Made by a program: the position numbers and the translations under genes. From sequence record OR885871: a DNA stretch of 64,000 nucleotides; one strand, 5' to 3'. The stretch is from Escherichia phage vB_EcoM_JN03. A model generated the notes under the pieces. It was not told where the DNA came from. It was given only the letters and a program-made list of their open reading frames with translations, and ran no database searches. Shown piece by piece: positions 18,400-27,556 of this stretch (position 1 is the first letter of the stretch; every line of letters begins with the position of its first letter).

Positions 18400-18438
18400 T
18401 ATGATTACCCCGCCTATTTGAAATGCAGGAACTATACC
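18400..18438 (+). repeat. repeat B copy 1: hairpin plus conserved translation-initiation region
   Basis: GGGGTA-tgat-TACCCC hairpin then CCGCCTATTTGAAATGCAGGAACTA immediately before the ATG; a second copy lies at 18958-18998. Confidence 0.5.
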
Positions 18439-18945
18439 ATGACCGATCAACAAATTCAAGATTTATTTTACCTCGTCCATGATAAGTCCCATATTATGCG
18501 CCCTGGCACTGTTTCTCCTGTCGTCCGTGATCTGGTGCAAGAATTACGCGAACCGCAGATGACCACACTTTATCGTGGGTTGCCTAAAGAGGACGTTGTG
18601 CGTTTAGAGATGATGTTTGAACGAGGCGACATGTTCCAGACATGGGATTCTTGTCTTAGCTTCAGTGAATTGAAGCATGTGGCCAAAAAATTTTCTAAAT
18701 CGTATGGAACCAGAGCTGTTGCTCGCATTTGTTACAAACATCGAAACGGACTCCCAGAGGGGCTTAATGTCTTTGGTTCTCTAGAAAAATTTGTGAACAA
18801 AGACGATGAATCAGAAATGGATATGCTGGACTTGGCGTCCATGGAGAAAGAATGGATATTCTGCCAGCCTCGCGTCTTCCCAGTTTCAAGAAAAATGGCA
18901 ACAGATGGGACGATGGTTTTTACCGTATCACTTATTACTCTATAA
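18439..18945 (+). CDS. hypothetical protein, 168 aa
   Basis: ATG preceded by AGGAA within repeat B; N-terminus MTDQ shared with the next gene. Confidence 0.5.
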   Translation: MTDQQIQDLFYLVHDKSHIMRPGTVSPVVRDLVQELREPQMTTLYRGLPKEDVVRLEMMFERGDMFQTWDSCLSFSELKHVAKKFSKSYGTRAVARICYKHRNGLPEGLNVFGSLEKFVNKDDESEMDMLDLASMEKEWIFCQPRVFPVSRKMATDGTMVFTVSLITL

Positions 18946-18957
18946 ACCCACGGCGGG

Positions 18958-18998
18958 GTATCTTTGCCCCGCCTATTTGAAATGCAGGAACTAATATC
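18958..18998 (+). repeat. repeat B copy 2
   Basis: GGCGGGG-tatcttt-CCCCGCC hairpin then CTATTTGAAATGCAGGAACTA before the ATG at 18999. Confidence 0.5.
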
Positions 18999-19277
18999 AT
19001 GACAGATCAAAGAAGTATTGCTCGTTCGGAAATCAAAGATATTATACAGAGCAAAACCAACGAAACTCATGCTCAATCCAGAATGCTATCTCGATTTGTT
19101 GAAATTAAGTTTGACATTGAAGAGAATAACAATCGGAGAGCGCTGGAGGGAATGTTGGCGATTATCTTGGGCCATGTCACCAATTCAGCATACGACATGG
19201 ATGATTTAACTCGTTTGTTGAACGCCCAGAATAACGTTGGGACTTCTGTTCGCGAATTGCTGTTTAAGTCCGAATGA
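18999..19277 (+). CDS. hypothetical protein, 92 aa
   Basis: Starts MTDQ like the upstream paralogous 5' end; RBS lies within repeat B. Confidence 0.45.
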   Translation: MTDQRSIARSEIKDIIQSKTNETHAQSRMLSRFVEIKFDIEENNNRRALEGMLAIILGHVTNSAYDMDDLTRLLNAQNNVGTSVRELLFKSE

Positions 19278-19314
19278 ACTAACTAAGGGATAACCCTATA
19301 TCCCGAGGTGTGTC

Positions 19315-19764
19315 ATGTTCCTTACATCCTTTATTGACTGGATGAATATCATAAATGGTCTGAGGATCCCTGTTGGGAACCTCGGGCTTTCTCGTTCTTC
19401 TATGCCGCAAATCGATGCCGACAAACAAGAAGATTTTCACAAATATCTTGAAGACAACGGCGTGTCCATAGATGCTGCGCAAGTACCCATCAAAATGCTT
19501 CGTCTTACCCAGAACGAAATCAATAAAATGAAGGTCTGGAAGATTATGAAGCAGATCAGAAATAAGAAGCCCATGGGTCGAGTTTGGGTGTCTTCTGACA
19601 ATTACGTTGTTGACGGGTCTCACCGATTTGTCGCTGCGTTGAACATGGACGGCAAACAGCGCATGAAGGTCTACAAAGTTGATTTGCCAGCGATGGAATT
19701 TGTTAAACTCGCTAAACAGTTTCAGGGTGTGCGATACAGAACGGTCAGCGATACCCGTTTCTGA
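19315..19764 (+). CDS. ParB/Srx-fold (ParB-like nuclease domain) protein
   Basis: LRLTQNEINKM...VVDGSHRFVAA resembles the ParB N-terminal DGxHR motif. Confidence 0.5.
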   Translation: MFLTSFIDWMNIINGLRIPVGNLGLSRSSMPQIDADKQEDFHKYLEDNGVSIDAAQVPIKMLRLTQNEINKMKVWKIMKQIRNKKPMGRVWVSSDNYVVDGSHRFVAALNMDGKQRMKVYKVDLPAMEFVKLAKQFQGVRYRTVSDTRF

Positions 19765-19843
19765 ATACGATAGTTTATTGAAACCCTTTACTCAACATGG
19801 TGACATCCCTATCATTTTATCCAATGAAATAAGGAGAATCACC

Positions 19844-20533
19844 ATGAAACGTTTAATCATCGGGGTTGTGCTGGCTGGTCTGGCACTTCCTGCCACCGCC
19901 AAGCTGAACTCCACAGGTGAAAAACTGTGGTCTGATCTTTCCTACTGTGCTGGGTTCTCCCAAGCTGTTGCTATAGACAAAACTGGTTCCATAGAGAACT
20001 TTGCTGAACTCTGGGCCACAGGTAACGTCACAGATGCCGTTGTAAACGCTGGTATTGAGTTTAATCGATATAAGCAAGGCGCGTTCAACCTGAAAGGATA
20101 TATGAACGACGAAGCATTTAACCGAGGAGGCATGGAGGCGAGCGATCTTATTATGACTGGTCGTATGGACACACAAGGACGAATGACCGTAAGACAGTGC
20201 CGTTCTCTCCCTTCTCCAGCATTACAAAAAGGTGTGCAGGTTGGCCGACGTCAGCTGGACCTCATCAATGATGGAAACCAATGTATCCGAGTATTTGAAT
20301 ATAGCGCTGATCAAGAATCTGATCGAAGACTGAAAAAGGAATGGCGGACTCGCGCCCTTGGCCTGAGAGCATGGCTGGTGGAAAATGATCATTATTATGA
20401 AGACCGTGTTCAGAATGGTTTGAAAGATCTTTCCACTAATTTGTCTGTCAATCTTGATGATCCCAGGCTTGCCCGTGAACTCAAGCAAACAAGAATTGAC
20501 TGTGATAATATGATGAAGGAGAACGAAAGATGA
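19844..20533 (+). CDS. secreted/periplasmic protein with signal peptide, 229 aa
   Basis: AAGGAG RBS; N-terminus MKRLIIGVVLAGLALPATA is a classic signal peptide. Confidence 0.55.
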   Translation: MKRLIIGVVLAGLALPATAKLNSTGEKLWSDLSYCAGFSQAVAIDKTGSIENFAELWATGNVTDAVVNAGIEFNRYKQGAFNLKGYMNDEAFNRGGMEASDLIMTGRMDTQGRMTVRQCRSLPSPALQKGVQVGRRQLDLINDGNQCIRVFEYSADQESDRRLKKEWRTRALGLRAWLVENDHYYEDRVQNGLKDLSTNLSVNLDDPRLARELKQTRIDCDNMMKENER

Positions 20534-20850
20534 AAATCAAAATCTTATTGTTATTCCTGTACACTTTCATGTCTTCCCAAGTATTGGCAGCTCCGGCCAG
20601 TAAGTTGAATATTTGTGCTGCTTGGTTGTCTACATATCAACAATTCCATCCGGATGATAAGGATACATCAATCCTTTTATCTGATTATGAAGGTGAATTG
20701 AAACGCCTTGATCTCTATAGTGTGGACCAGATAGAGAATGCGCTTGATTTACCCATGATGGAATCTGCTGCAGACAACAGCAAACAGACTATTAAAGATT
20801 TGACCATGTGCCGTGAAATTGCAACTAATTTCGTTGGAAATCAAAGATAG
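20530..20850 (+). CDS. small secreted protein with signal peptide, 106 aa
   Basis: ATGA overlap with the upstream gene, GAAGGAG RBS; N-terminus MKIKILLLFLYTFMSSQVLA. Confidence 0.5.
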   Translation: MKIKILLLFLYTFMSSQVLAAPASKLNICAAWLSTYQQFHPDDKDTSILLSDYEGELKRLDLYSVDQIENALDLPMMESAADNSKQTIKDLTMCREIATNFVGNQR

Positions 20851-20899
20851 TTTCAGGTTAAAATTTTATTCCCCATTGAACTGAAAGGTGTATTTCGTG

Positions 20900-21691
20900 A
20901 TGATCATTACCAAAAAGATCGCTGAGGCGATCGTTGAAAAGAATAAAATGTTCGCACCTAGCAAAGCAAAGGTTATTCTGATCCATGATGATGGTCGCGT
21001 GGTCTTCGCTGAAAAATTTGAGCAAGGGTGCGCTTTCTGGTTTGCAGACACTATGCGTGAAAGCAAGCTACAGGGCATCATTTACAAATTAACTCTGGTT
21101 GCCAAGCGCAACGATCAGGGTGACTGGGTTACGGTTTGTGATTTCAGCTCCAAGGTTGATACTCGACCAAAATCTCGCCAAGAGAGAATTCTGGAAGCTC
21201 AGGAAAAACTTGTTGCTGCTCGTACTTCACCAGTCATTAAGCCAGCAGTCATCTCCCCTTCTATTGATCTGCCGCCTGTCAGCCAAAAGGCTGTTGAGCA
21301 ATATGCAGAAAAACGAAAAGAAGAACCCGTGAAGTCTCCAGTTGAGAATAAAGAAGAATCTGAATTTATTTCAATCAGGCAGTTATGTCCGCAAGAAAGA
21401 CGATTTTCTTCACCAAATGATTTATTCGTGTCTTTCCGGTCTAATGGGAAGATTATATTGTGCAAAACCCTACGGGAACAATTGCAGTGGACTAACATCA
21501 ATATGATGGTGAGTCGGAACTTCAAACGATTCGCAATCGGTGAAGGTAAAGATTATCCTGTTAATAAGAGCGGAACATATGCAAATCGTCATATGTGCGA
21601 CAAATTGTCTTTCCCAAACGATTCCGGAACCATCCGCGTTCGTTTAGAATGGGATGAAAGTTTGAACATGTATGTCGGTGATATAAAATAA
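20900..21691 (+). CDS. hypothetical protein, 263 aa
   Basis: ATG with AAAGGTG RBS; no recognisable motifs. Confidence 0.5.
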   Translation: MIITKKIAEAIVEKNKMFAPSKAKVILIHDDGRVVFAEKFEQGCAFWFADTMRESKLQGIIYKLTLVAKRNDQGDWVTVCDFSSKVDTRPKSRQERILEAQEKLVAARTSPVIKPAVISPSIDLPPVSQKAVEQYAEKRKEEPVKSPVENKEESEFISIRQLCPQERRFSSPNDLFVSFRSNGKIILCKTLREQLQWTNINMMVSRNFKRFAIGEGKDYPVNKSGTYANRHMCDKLSFPNDSGTIRVRLEWDESLNMYVGDIK

Positions 21692-21704
21692 TTCAATAAC
21701 ATTA

Positions 21705-21735
21705 GGGCGGTTATTATTAAACCGCCTTTTATTTG
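21705..21735 (+). terminator. rho-independent terminator
   Basis: GGCGGT-loop-ACCGCC hairpin followed by TTTTATTTG. Confidence 0.55.
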
Positions 21736-21748
21736 AGAGATCTATATT

Positions 21749-22417
21749 ATGAACAACAAGAGCCGTATTATCATCGGGGCTGACCAGGGTAATTTATATT
21801 TTGAAAGATCTGGTGTTGTCGCCCACGCTATCCTTCCCACTGGAATTTCCGTTTATTGTGTGGAACATCCTGACCCTGCAGTTAAACGTCTTTGCTATGT
21901 CTCCCGTGAAAATGGACTAATTGTATTGCCAGAAGGCGCGATTATGCGCGCTCGTTTTTGGCCGATCGATTTTAATTCCATGAGCAATAGGGAGATCGAC
22001 GCCCGTTTCTTCGTACATAATATGAACCGGACTCTGAAAAATGAAACTCAGAGAGTTGTTCATTTCGACAATGAAACTCATGGAGTGACGTTAGAATTCA
22101 GAACTCGTGGTGAAGCTCTTCAGGTGAAGAAATCAAGCTGGAAAACTGAAGGGACGTTCACATATGATTATGCGTTAATCGACAAATTGTGTAATCAGTT
22201 TCGCATTAGCCTGACTGCCAACGACGATTTAGGTCAGTATGTTGTATGGACAGCCCGTTCACCACATATGAACGGTATCATGATGGAGAGTGAAACTCGT
22301 AATCGCGCTGTGCTCCAACTGCTGCTGTTAGACGCGTATTCTCGCAACCCGTTGGAATATCTGTCTCGGGAACAGATTGATAACGCGCTTTCTCATTGTA
22401 ACCGTCTGGAGGTGTAA
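21749..22417 (+). CDS. hypothetical protein, 222 aa
   Basis: Long ORF with ATG start; first gene of an overlapping/coupled operon. Confidence 0.5.
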   Translation: MNNKSRIIIGADQGNLYFERSGVVAHAILPTGISVYCVEHPDPAVKRLCYVSRENGLIVLPEGAIMRARFWPIDFNSMSNREIDARFFVHNMNRTLKNETQRVVHFDNETHGVTLEFRTRGEALQVKKSSWKTEGTFTYDYALIDKLCNQFRISLTANDDLGQYVVWTARSPHMNGIMMESETRNRAVLQLLLLDAYSRNPLEYLSREQIDNALSHCNRLEV

Positions 22418-22418
22418 T

Positions 22419-22706
22419 ATGTCCGGCGTATGGTGTGATGTATTGTTGGTAAGATTTTCAAACGGGATGGATAATCAGATCATTTCATTCTTTTATCCTG
22501 TTCCCTTTTCTTCTATGGGTCTGACTGTCAAGCGCGTTCTTGACATAGAAGAAAAACTCAACACGATGCCGTATATGGCGCGACCACACGTGCTGGGTTG
22601 TGAACTGTTAAACGAAATGATGATTGACGAGAATCTTGTTGAAACAATTATCACGCGTGAACAGATGAAAACCATACTGTCTCAGGGAGAACCCCATGTC
22701 GAATAA
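22419..22706 (+). CDS. hypothetical protein, 95 aa
   Basis: GGAGGTG RBS; overlaps the next gene by 11 nt. Confidence 0.4.
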   Translation: MSGVWCDVLLVRFSNGMDNQIISFFYPVPFSSMGLTVKRVLDIEEKLNTMPYMARPHVLGCELLNEMMIDENLVETIITREQMKTILSQGEPHVE

Positions 22707-23016
22707 ACCGTTTGAACTTAAATTTCGCGTTTGGCATATTCCCCAGGTTCCTGGGATCGCTTTTCATGTTGAGGTTCCAACATTTGAAGAAGCGCAGCGC
22801 CTGAAGAATACTCTGGCTGATTACGACCTGTTTCAGTATAACAATAACATCAAGCCGGATTATTGTAATGCTTCCGGCGTTCAAATATACCAACATGATC
22901 TGACTGAAGAAGATCTAAATGATATGGGTCTGGATGATCGTTGGGTTGATATCGAAGATATTGACGAACTCAACGATTATTTTGATCATCTGCGTAGCAC
23001 AGGGTGGGAAATATGA
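22696..23016 (+). CDS. hypothetical acidic protein, 106 aa
   Basis: AGGGAG RBS; ATGA overlap with the downstream membrane-protein gene. Confidence 0.45.
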   Translation: MSNKPFELKFRVWHIPQVPGIAFHVEVPTFEEAQRLKNTLADYDLFQYNNNIKPDYCNASGVQIYQHDLTEEDLNDMGLDDRWVDIEDIDELNDYFDHLRSTGWEI

Positions 23017-23222
23017 TCGGGTTAATCCGTTATCTGTTCATATTCGTAATTTCAACATTCATTTTATTTTTCTTTTTCAAATACTTGAAAGAGACTAAAA
23101 TCTACCGAAGTAAACGTTGGCGTAAACGGGTGAGGGTAACTTTCCTGCTGCTGATTTCTTCGGTTACAATAACTGCACTCACATTGGGTGCTTATATTTA
23201 CATTTTTGAAGGAGTACATTGA
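23013..23222 (+). CDS. small two-helix membrane protein (NfeD-like partner candidate), 69 aa
   Basis: Two hydrophobic segments separated by a basic loop (RSKRWRKRVR); TGATG coupling to the SPFH gene. Confidence 0.5.
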   Translation: MIGLIRYLFIFVISTFILFFFFKYLKETKIYRSKRWRKRVRVTFLLLISSVTITALTLGAYIYIFEGVH

Positions 23223-24013
23223 TGTTCAAGAAACTGGTATTTGGCGCAATTATGGTCCTAGCAGCAAGCATTCTTTCGGGCTGCGGCGGTGTTATCGATG
23301 AAGGAAACGTCGGTGTTCGAACCCAATGGGGTGAAGTGGACATGAACCCTGTAACCGCAGGTATCTACACCAGTTTCGTTTCAAGTGTAGATGTCTATAC
23401 GACTAAAGAAGCCGTCGTGAGTCTGACGAAAATGACGCCAAAGGCCAAAGACAACCTGACCTTGGAAGATCTGGATGTGGATGTTTATTACACACCGAAC
23501 GTCGCAAAGGTTCCGTGGTTCCATACCAAATTTGCAGGTCAGAGCGCTGAACTCGGTGACGGCACGATAGCGGTGGGATTCAACCTGGTTAAAACCGCCG
23601 CAGCATCCTCAACGATGGACGCCGTTTCCTCTTTGGATTCTATGACAATTCACACCCAACGGGCTGAGTTAGAAAAGATGATCAAGGAACGCACCCAGCA
23701 GCAATTGGAAACTGCTGCGCCTGGCATGTTCACAATCACACGTGTGTTGGTGAAAAAGGCGCTGACAGATCCTTCGATTGAGCAATCTATCCGTGATAAT
23801 GTCATGGCCGACAAACGTTTGGATACAGCAAGAAAGAACGTTGAAATTCGCGACCAAGAAGCCAGGGCGAATCAGAAACTGACGACATCTCTGACACCTG
23901 AATATTTACAACACGAATATAACATGGTGTTGCAATCTTGCGCCAACAGCGGGAAATGTACTCTGATTGTTGATGGTTCTGGCTCAAGTAAAATGCTAAA
24001 CGTCGGCAAATAA
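23222..24013 (+). CDS. SPFH/Band-7 (stomatin/prohibitin-like) lipoprotein
   Basis: Signal peptide with lipobox LSGCGG, then GNVGVRTQWGEV and a coiled region typical of the SPFH family. Confidence 0.6.
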   Translation: MFKKLVFGAIMVLAASILSGCGGVIDEGNVGVRTQWGEVDMNPVTAGIYTSFVSSVDVYTTKEAVVSLTKMTPKAKDNLTLEDLDVDVYYTPNVAKVPWFHTKFAGQSAELGDGTIAVGFNLVKTAAASSTMDAVSSLDSMTIHTQRAELEKMIKERTQQQLETAAPGMFTITRVLVKKALTDPSIEQSIRDNVMADKRLDTARKNVEIRDQEARANQKLTTSLTPEYLQHEYNMVLQSCANSGKCTLIVDGSGSSKMLNVGK

Positions 24014-24096
24014 ACGCTTTATTCAATAGTATTTGTTAGGTAAGCTGTAGTCCTCTTGTAGTGAAACATCGTAAACAACCAACTGGAGTAATCCGA

Positions 24097-24375
24097 ATGA
24101 ACCGTACTGATTTTATCGCCCACATCGCCCAAACCCAGGGTATGACCAAAGGCGAAGCAGAGAAGATCGTGGCATCCTTTATCAACGGCGTGAAAACTGC
24201 AGTCGCAGCTGGCCAATCTGTCCAATTCGTAGGCTTCGGCGCGTTCGAAGTTAAACATCAGGAAGCGCGCACTGGCCGCAACCCGCTGAACGGACAACAG
24301 ATCCAGATCGAAGCGAAAAATGTAGTTAAATTCAAAGTCGGTGAAGGTCTGAAAGCTGCTGCCAACGGCCAGTAA
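24097..24375 (+). CDS. HU/IHF-family DNA-binding protein
   Basis: MNRTDFIAHIAQ...FVGFGAFEVKHQEARTGRNPLNGQQIQIEAKNVVKFKVGEGLK matches the HU fold including the GRNP arm motif; GGAG RBS. Confidence 0.8.
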   Translation: MNRTDFIAHIAQTQGMTKGEAEKIVASFINGVKTAVAAGQSVQFVGFGAFEVKHQEARTGRNPLNGQQIQIEAKNVVKFKVGEGLKAAANGQ

Positions 24376-24424
24376 TCACATCCAGAGCGGTCGCGCCTAG
24401 CACAGCGTGTTAGGCTAAAAGAGA

Positions 24425-24453
24425 AAGCCGAGGTTAATGCCTCGGCTTTTTCG
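24425..24453 (+). terminator. rho-independent terminator
   Basis: AAGCCGAGG-ttaatg-CCTCGGCTT hairpin followed by TTTTCG. Confidence 0.6.
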
Positions 24454-24500
24454 TTGTTGGGATTCGGGTAAACTATAACAGAATCCAAAGGAGGAACAAC

Positions 24501-26222
24501 GTGACAGCATTTAATCAACACCGAAAGGCGATTGACGCCATAGGCCGTAAGGTTCCTATGGAAGAAATACAACGCCTTGCCAAAGATGAATTCCCATATG
24601 ACAAAGCGAACCCAGGCCAGATGGAATGCATCGTCGAAGCCATAGATGCGCTTATCAACAAAAAGGTTAAACATGTCATCATTGAAGCTCCGACAGGCGT
24701 CGGTAAATCTTTGATTGGCACTACCATTCATAAAGTGATTCGTCATCTGGTTTTACAGGCTGATCCTTATGGGCAATTTCGCACTTCTATCAGCACCCCG
24801 ACCAAAGGTCTGCAAGATCAGTATGCTGCTGAAAAAGCAGTATCGATCGATATCCTGAAAGGCAAGAAGAATTATCGTTGCCACGTACATCCAGATGTGT
24901 ATTACAATGCTGTCCAATGCCGTATAGCATGCCGTGACGGGCATTGTAGCAAACGCCGCTGTCCTTATGTACAGGCGCGTAATTTGTGGACGGATATTTC
25001 ATCATTGCGTTGTACTAATGCTGCCATGATGATCGAAATGTGTACAACAATCTGCATGAAGCCCGAAAACCGTTCCGATATGCTGATCCTTGACGAGTGC
25101 CATAAAATGCCCTCTACGCTCCTAGAGCACACGATCATGGAATACAATACAAAGGCCGTGGAGGGGCTGCGTTCTATCCCTGAGGGCAAGGAGATCGTCT
25201 CTACCATTGGTGATATCGTAGAACGCACCAAGGACTATGTCCTGGGCAAGTTATATTCTTTGTCTGGTGAACTACATTCAATGTTTGAAGACCTCCATCT
25301 CAAAGTAGAAAATTTGTTGGAAGTCCTTGAAGAATTGGTCGAAGATGATCGCTTGAGTGAAAGCCAAGTGATGAAACTCGCAGACATTATAGATGTCTTG
25401 CATAACTTGAGTGATTATTGCGGTATTATGTCACAAACCCAAGCAAGTACATTTATTGTGCAAGAAAAGGGGGAAGATTTTATCCGGTTTAAACCTGTTA
25501 TGCCTTCTGATGTAAGTGAATTCGGGTTATTCCGAAAAGCCGATTATCACGTTCATATGTCAGCAACGATCTGTGGTATAGATTCTTATGCTCGTTCATT
25601 GGGTATTCGACAGGGGGATTATCATTCCATTCAGATCGGCAACCCTATCCCAATTGAAAACAGAAAAGTCAACTATATGCCCATAGTGAAGATGACTAAC
25701 AATATGGGCGACTATGAAATGAAAAGGTTGACGGAATATATTGATGAAATAATCGCGTTCCACCCAGGTCAGTCCGGCATTATCCATACAGTGAGTTATG
25801 ATCGCGCCTTGGCAATACAAAAATTTAGTAAATATCAGAATTTTATCCATGTTCCGCGCACCCGAAAGGCGTTGATGGATATTATGGAAAATGCTTTTAG
25901 AACAAAGTCCCCATGTGTCATTGCCAGTCCGGCTATGGAAGAAGGTTATGATTTCAAAGGGGATTACAGCCGTTTCCAAATACTGATCAAAGTCCCTTAT
26001 GATTATCTGGGTGATCCACTGATAGCACATATCAATTCAGTGGATCCGTCGGCATACTTCCGCAACGCAGTACTGCGCATTGTTCAAATGTGTGGGCGTT
26101 CGGTCAGGGGTGTTGATGACTGGGCTGCGACATACATCATTGATTCATCCTTTGAATCTCTTATGATGCGCAACCCAGAATTCTTCCCAACCTGGTTCAC
26201 CGATGCAGTGTTTGAGGTTTAA
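24501..26222 (+). CDS. DinG/XPD-like SF2 helicase with Fe-S cluster cysteines
   Basis: GTG start with AAAGGAGG RBS; Walker A APTGVGKS, DECH box LILDECH, and four cysteines between them (CHVH...CRIACRDGHCSKRRCPY) typical of Rad3/XPD/DinG. Confidence 0.7.
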   Translation: MTAFNQHRKAIDAIGRKVPMEEIQRLAKDEFPYDKANPGQMECIVEAIDALINKKVKHVIIEAPTGVGKSLIGTTIHKVIRHLVLQADPYGQFRTSISTPTKGLQDQYAAEKAVSIDILKGKKNYRCHVHPDVYYNAVQCRIACRDGHCSKRRCPYVQARNLWTDISSLRCTNAAMMIEMCTTICMKPENRSDMLILDECHKMPSTLLEHTIMEYNTKAVEGLRSIPEGKEIVSTIGDIVERTKDYVLGKLYSLSGELHSMFEDLHLKVENLLEVLEELVEDDRLSESQVMKLADIIDVLHNLSDYCGIMSQTQASTFIVQEKGEDFIRFKPVMPSDVSEFGLFRKADYHVHMSATICGIDSYARSLGIRQGDYHSIQIGNPIPIENRKVNYMPIVKMTNNMGDYEMKRLTEYIDEIIAFHPGQSGIIHTVSYDRALAIQKFSKYQNFIHVPRTRKALMDIMENAFRTKSPCVIASPAMEEGYDFKGDYSRFQILIKVPYDYLGDPLIAHINSVDPSAYFRNAVLRIVQMCGRSVRGVDDWAATYIIDSSFESLMMRNPEFFPTWFTDAVFEV

Positions 26223-26986
26223 TAACCCGCAATAAACGATAAATGGCACTTGATATTTGGTTCAAGTGTCGTTATCGTGATAATCATATTGTCCACATCT
26301 TGGCTGAAAGATATATTTGCGATCGGTTTGGTTTGAACATGATTATACAGGCTATAAATCAGATCTTCACCACGATAACCGATTTTGCCATCAGTGTCCT
26401 GCCAATGACCGAGGGTAGACTCTCGAGCGTGTACTCGGAATTCGACCATATGAAACAATGCTTTTGGGATGGTCTTCAGTATGCTGGTCCCAACAACCGG
26501 AATATCAATAGAAGAGTCGTTGGAGTTTCCTTCATAAACAGATTCCCAACCAAATATTGGATCACCTCCTGCCACAGGAGTTCTTTTCCAGTATTGGAAT
26601 TCTGGGTTGCCCGAAGCGTTCTTTTGTAGGAGGATTACTTCACCGCCTTCAAAATTGGAAGTGTCTATATCGTCCCTTGCTAATAAATCTGCCGGAGAAC
26701 CAATAAATTTCCAAGTTTCGCGATCTAAAATAGACTTATAATAATCGGTGAATACGTTGCTGTCGTTAGCTGCATTGATTGCGTCTTTAAGACCTTCACC
26801 TGTGACCATCTCATTAAGTTTTAGCCACATGTTTTTGACAGCTGACGCAGCTGCGACTTGACCTTCAGTCCCACCCGCCGTGTAGTCATAAATGATGTCC
26901 AGCTTTTGTATGGAATCATTTATAGACAAGAGCAAACGCTCAATTTCTGGGGCGGTCAGACTGAAACGATATGCGCGTTCTGACAT
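26219..26986 (-). CDS. hypothetical protein, 255 aa
   Basis: Minus-strand ORF with GAGGAA RBS; convergent with the DinG-like gene; TATAAGTA near-late-promoter upstream. Confidence 0.55.
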   Translation of the reverse strand: MSERAYRFSLTAPEIERLLLSINDSIQKLDIIYDYTAGGTEGQVAAASAVKNMWLKLNEMVTGEGLKDAINAANDSNVFTDYYKSILDRETWKFIGSPADLLARDDIDTSNFEGGEVILLQKNASGNPEFQYWKRTPVAGGDPIFGWESVYEGNSNDSSIDIPVVGTSILKTIPKALFHMVEFRVHARESTLGHWQDTDGKIGYRGEDLIYSLYNHVQTKPIANISFSQDVDNMIITITTLEPNIKCHLSFIAGY

Positions 26987-27028
26987 GATTCGTTCCTCAT
27001 CGATAAAACCAGTTTGGGATACTTATAC

Positions 27029-27556
27029 ATGATTGAAATATACACTGACGGGGCATCGTCCCCTCAGAAGACACGAGCCGCTGGTTGGGCATTTGCCATC
27101 AGTCCAATCACTGGAGAGCAATGGAAAGTGTTTTATGGGTATTTACCCCCGCCGTCAACGAACAATATAGCTGAGTTACTCGGGGTTATAAACGCAATGA
27201 AGATCCTATGGAAATTCTCTAATTGCGGTGAACGCTGCATTCCCCCAGCCCGCATCATATCCGACAGCCAATATGTTATCAATAGCGTTTTGGAGTGGCG
27301 TCGTAAATGGGAATATGAAGGAATGCCGCCTAAGAACACAGAACTTCTGCTCGAGTTGTTCGATTATTATGACAAAGTTTGTTCAATTTGTGAACTTGAA
27401 TTAAAATGGGTGAAAGGTCATGCAGGAACGATGGGCAACGAAATTGCGGATCAGTGGAGCGTTAGAGCCAAAGAAGATAGTTCAATGGTTCTTGAAAATA
27501 ACCGTTTCTCGGTCAAGAAAGTCGTTGGTTCTTTCAATGAATTCATTGGTATTTGA
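27029..27556 (+). CDS. RNase H (type 1)
   Basis: IYTDGAS, TNNIAEL, IISDSQYVIN and KWVKGHAGTMGNEIADQ match RNase HI catalytic motifs. Confidence 0.8.
   Translation: MIEIYTDGASSPQKTRAAGWAFAISPITGEQWKVFYGYLPPPSTNNIAELLGVINAMKILWKFSNCGERCIPPARIISDSQYVINSVLEWRRKWEYEGMPPKNTELLLELFDYYDKVCSICELELKWVKGHAGTMGNEIADQWSVRAKEDSSMVLENNRFSVKKVVGSFNEFIGI

Noticed and set aside
17668-18998. Possible CRISPR array suggested by short repeated hairpin sequences
   Set aside because: Only two copies each of two different cassettes, with unequal spacing, genes between them and embedded promoter/RBS elements; these are duplicated regulatory cassettes, not repeat-spacer units.
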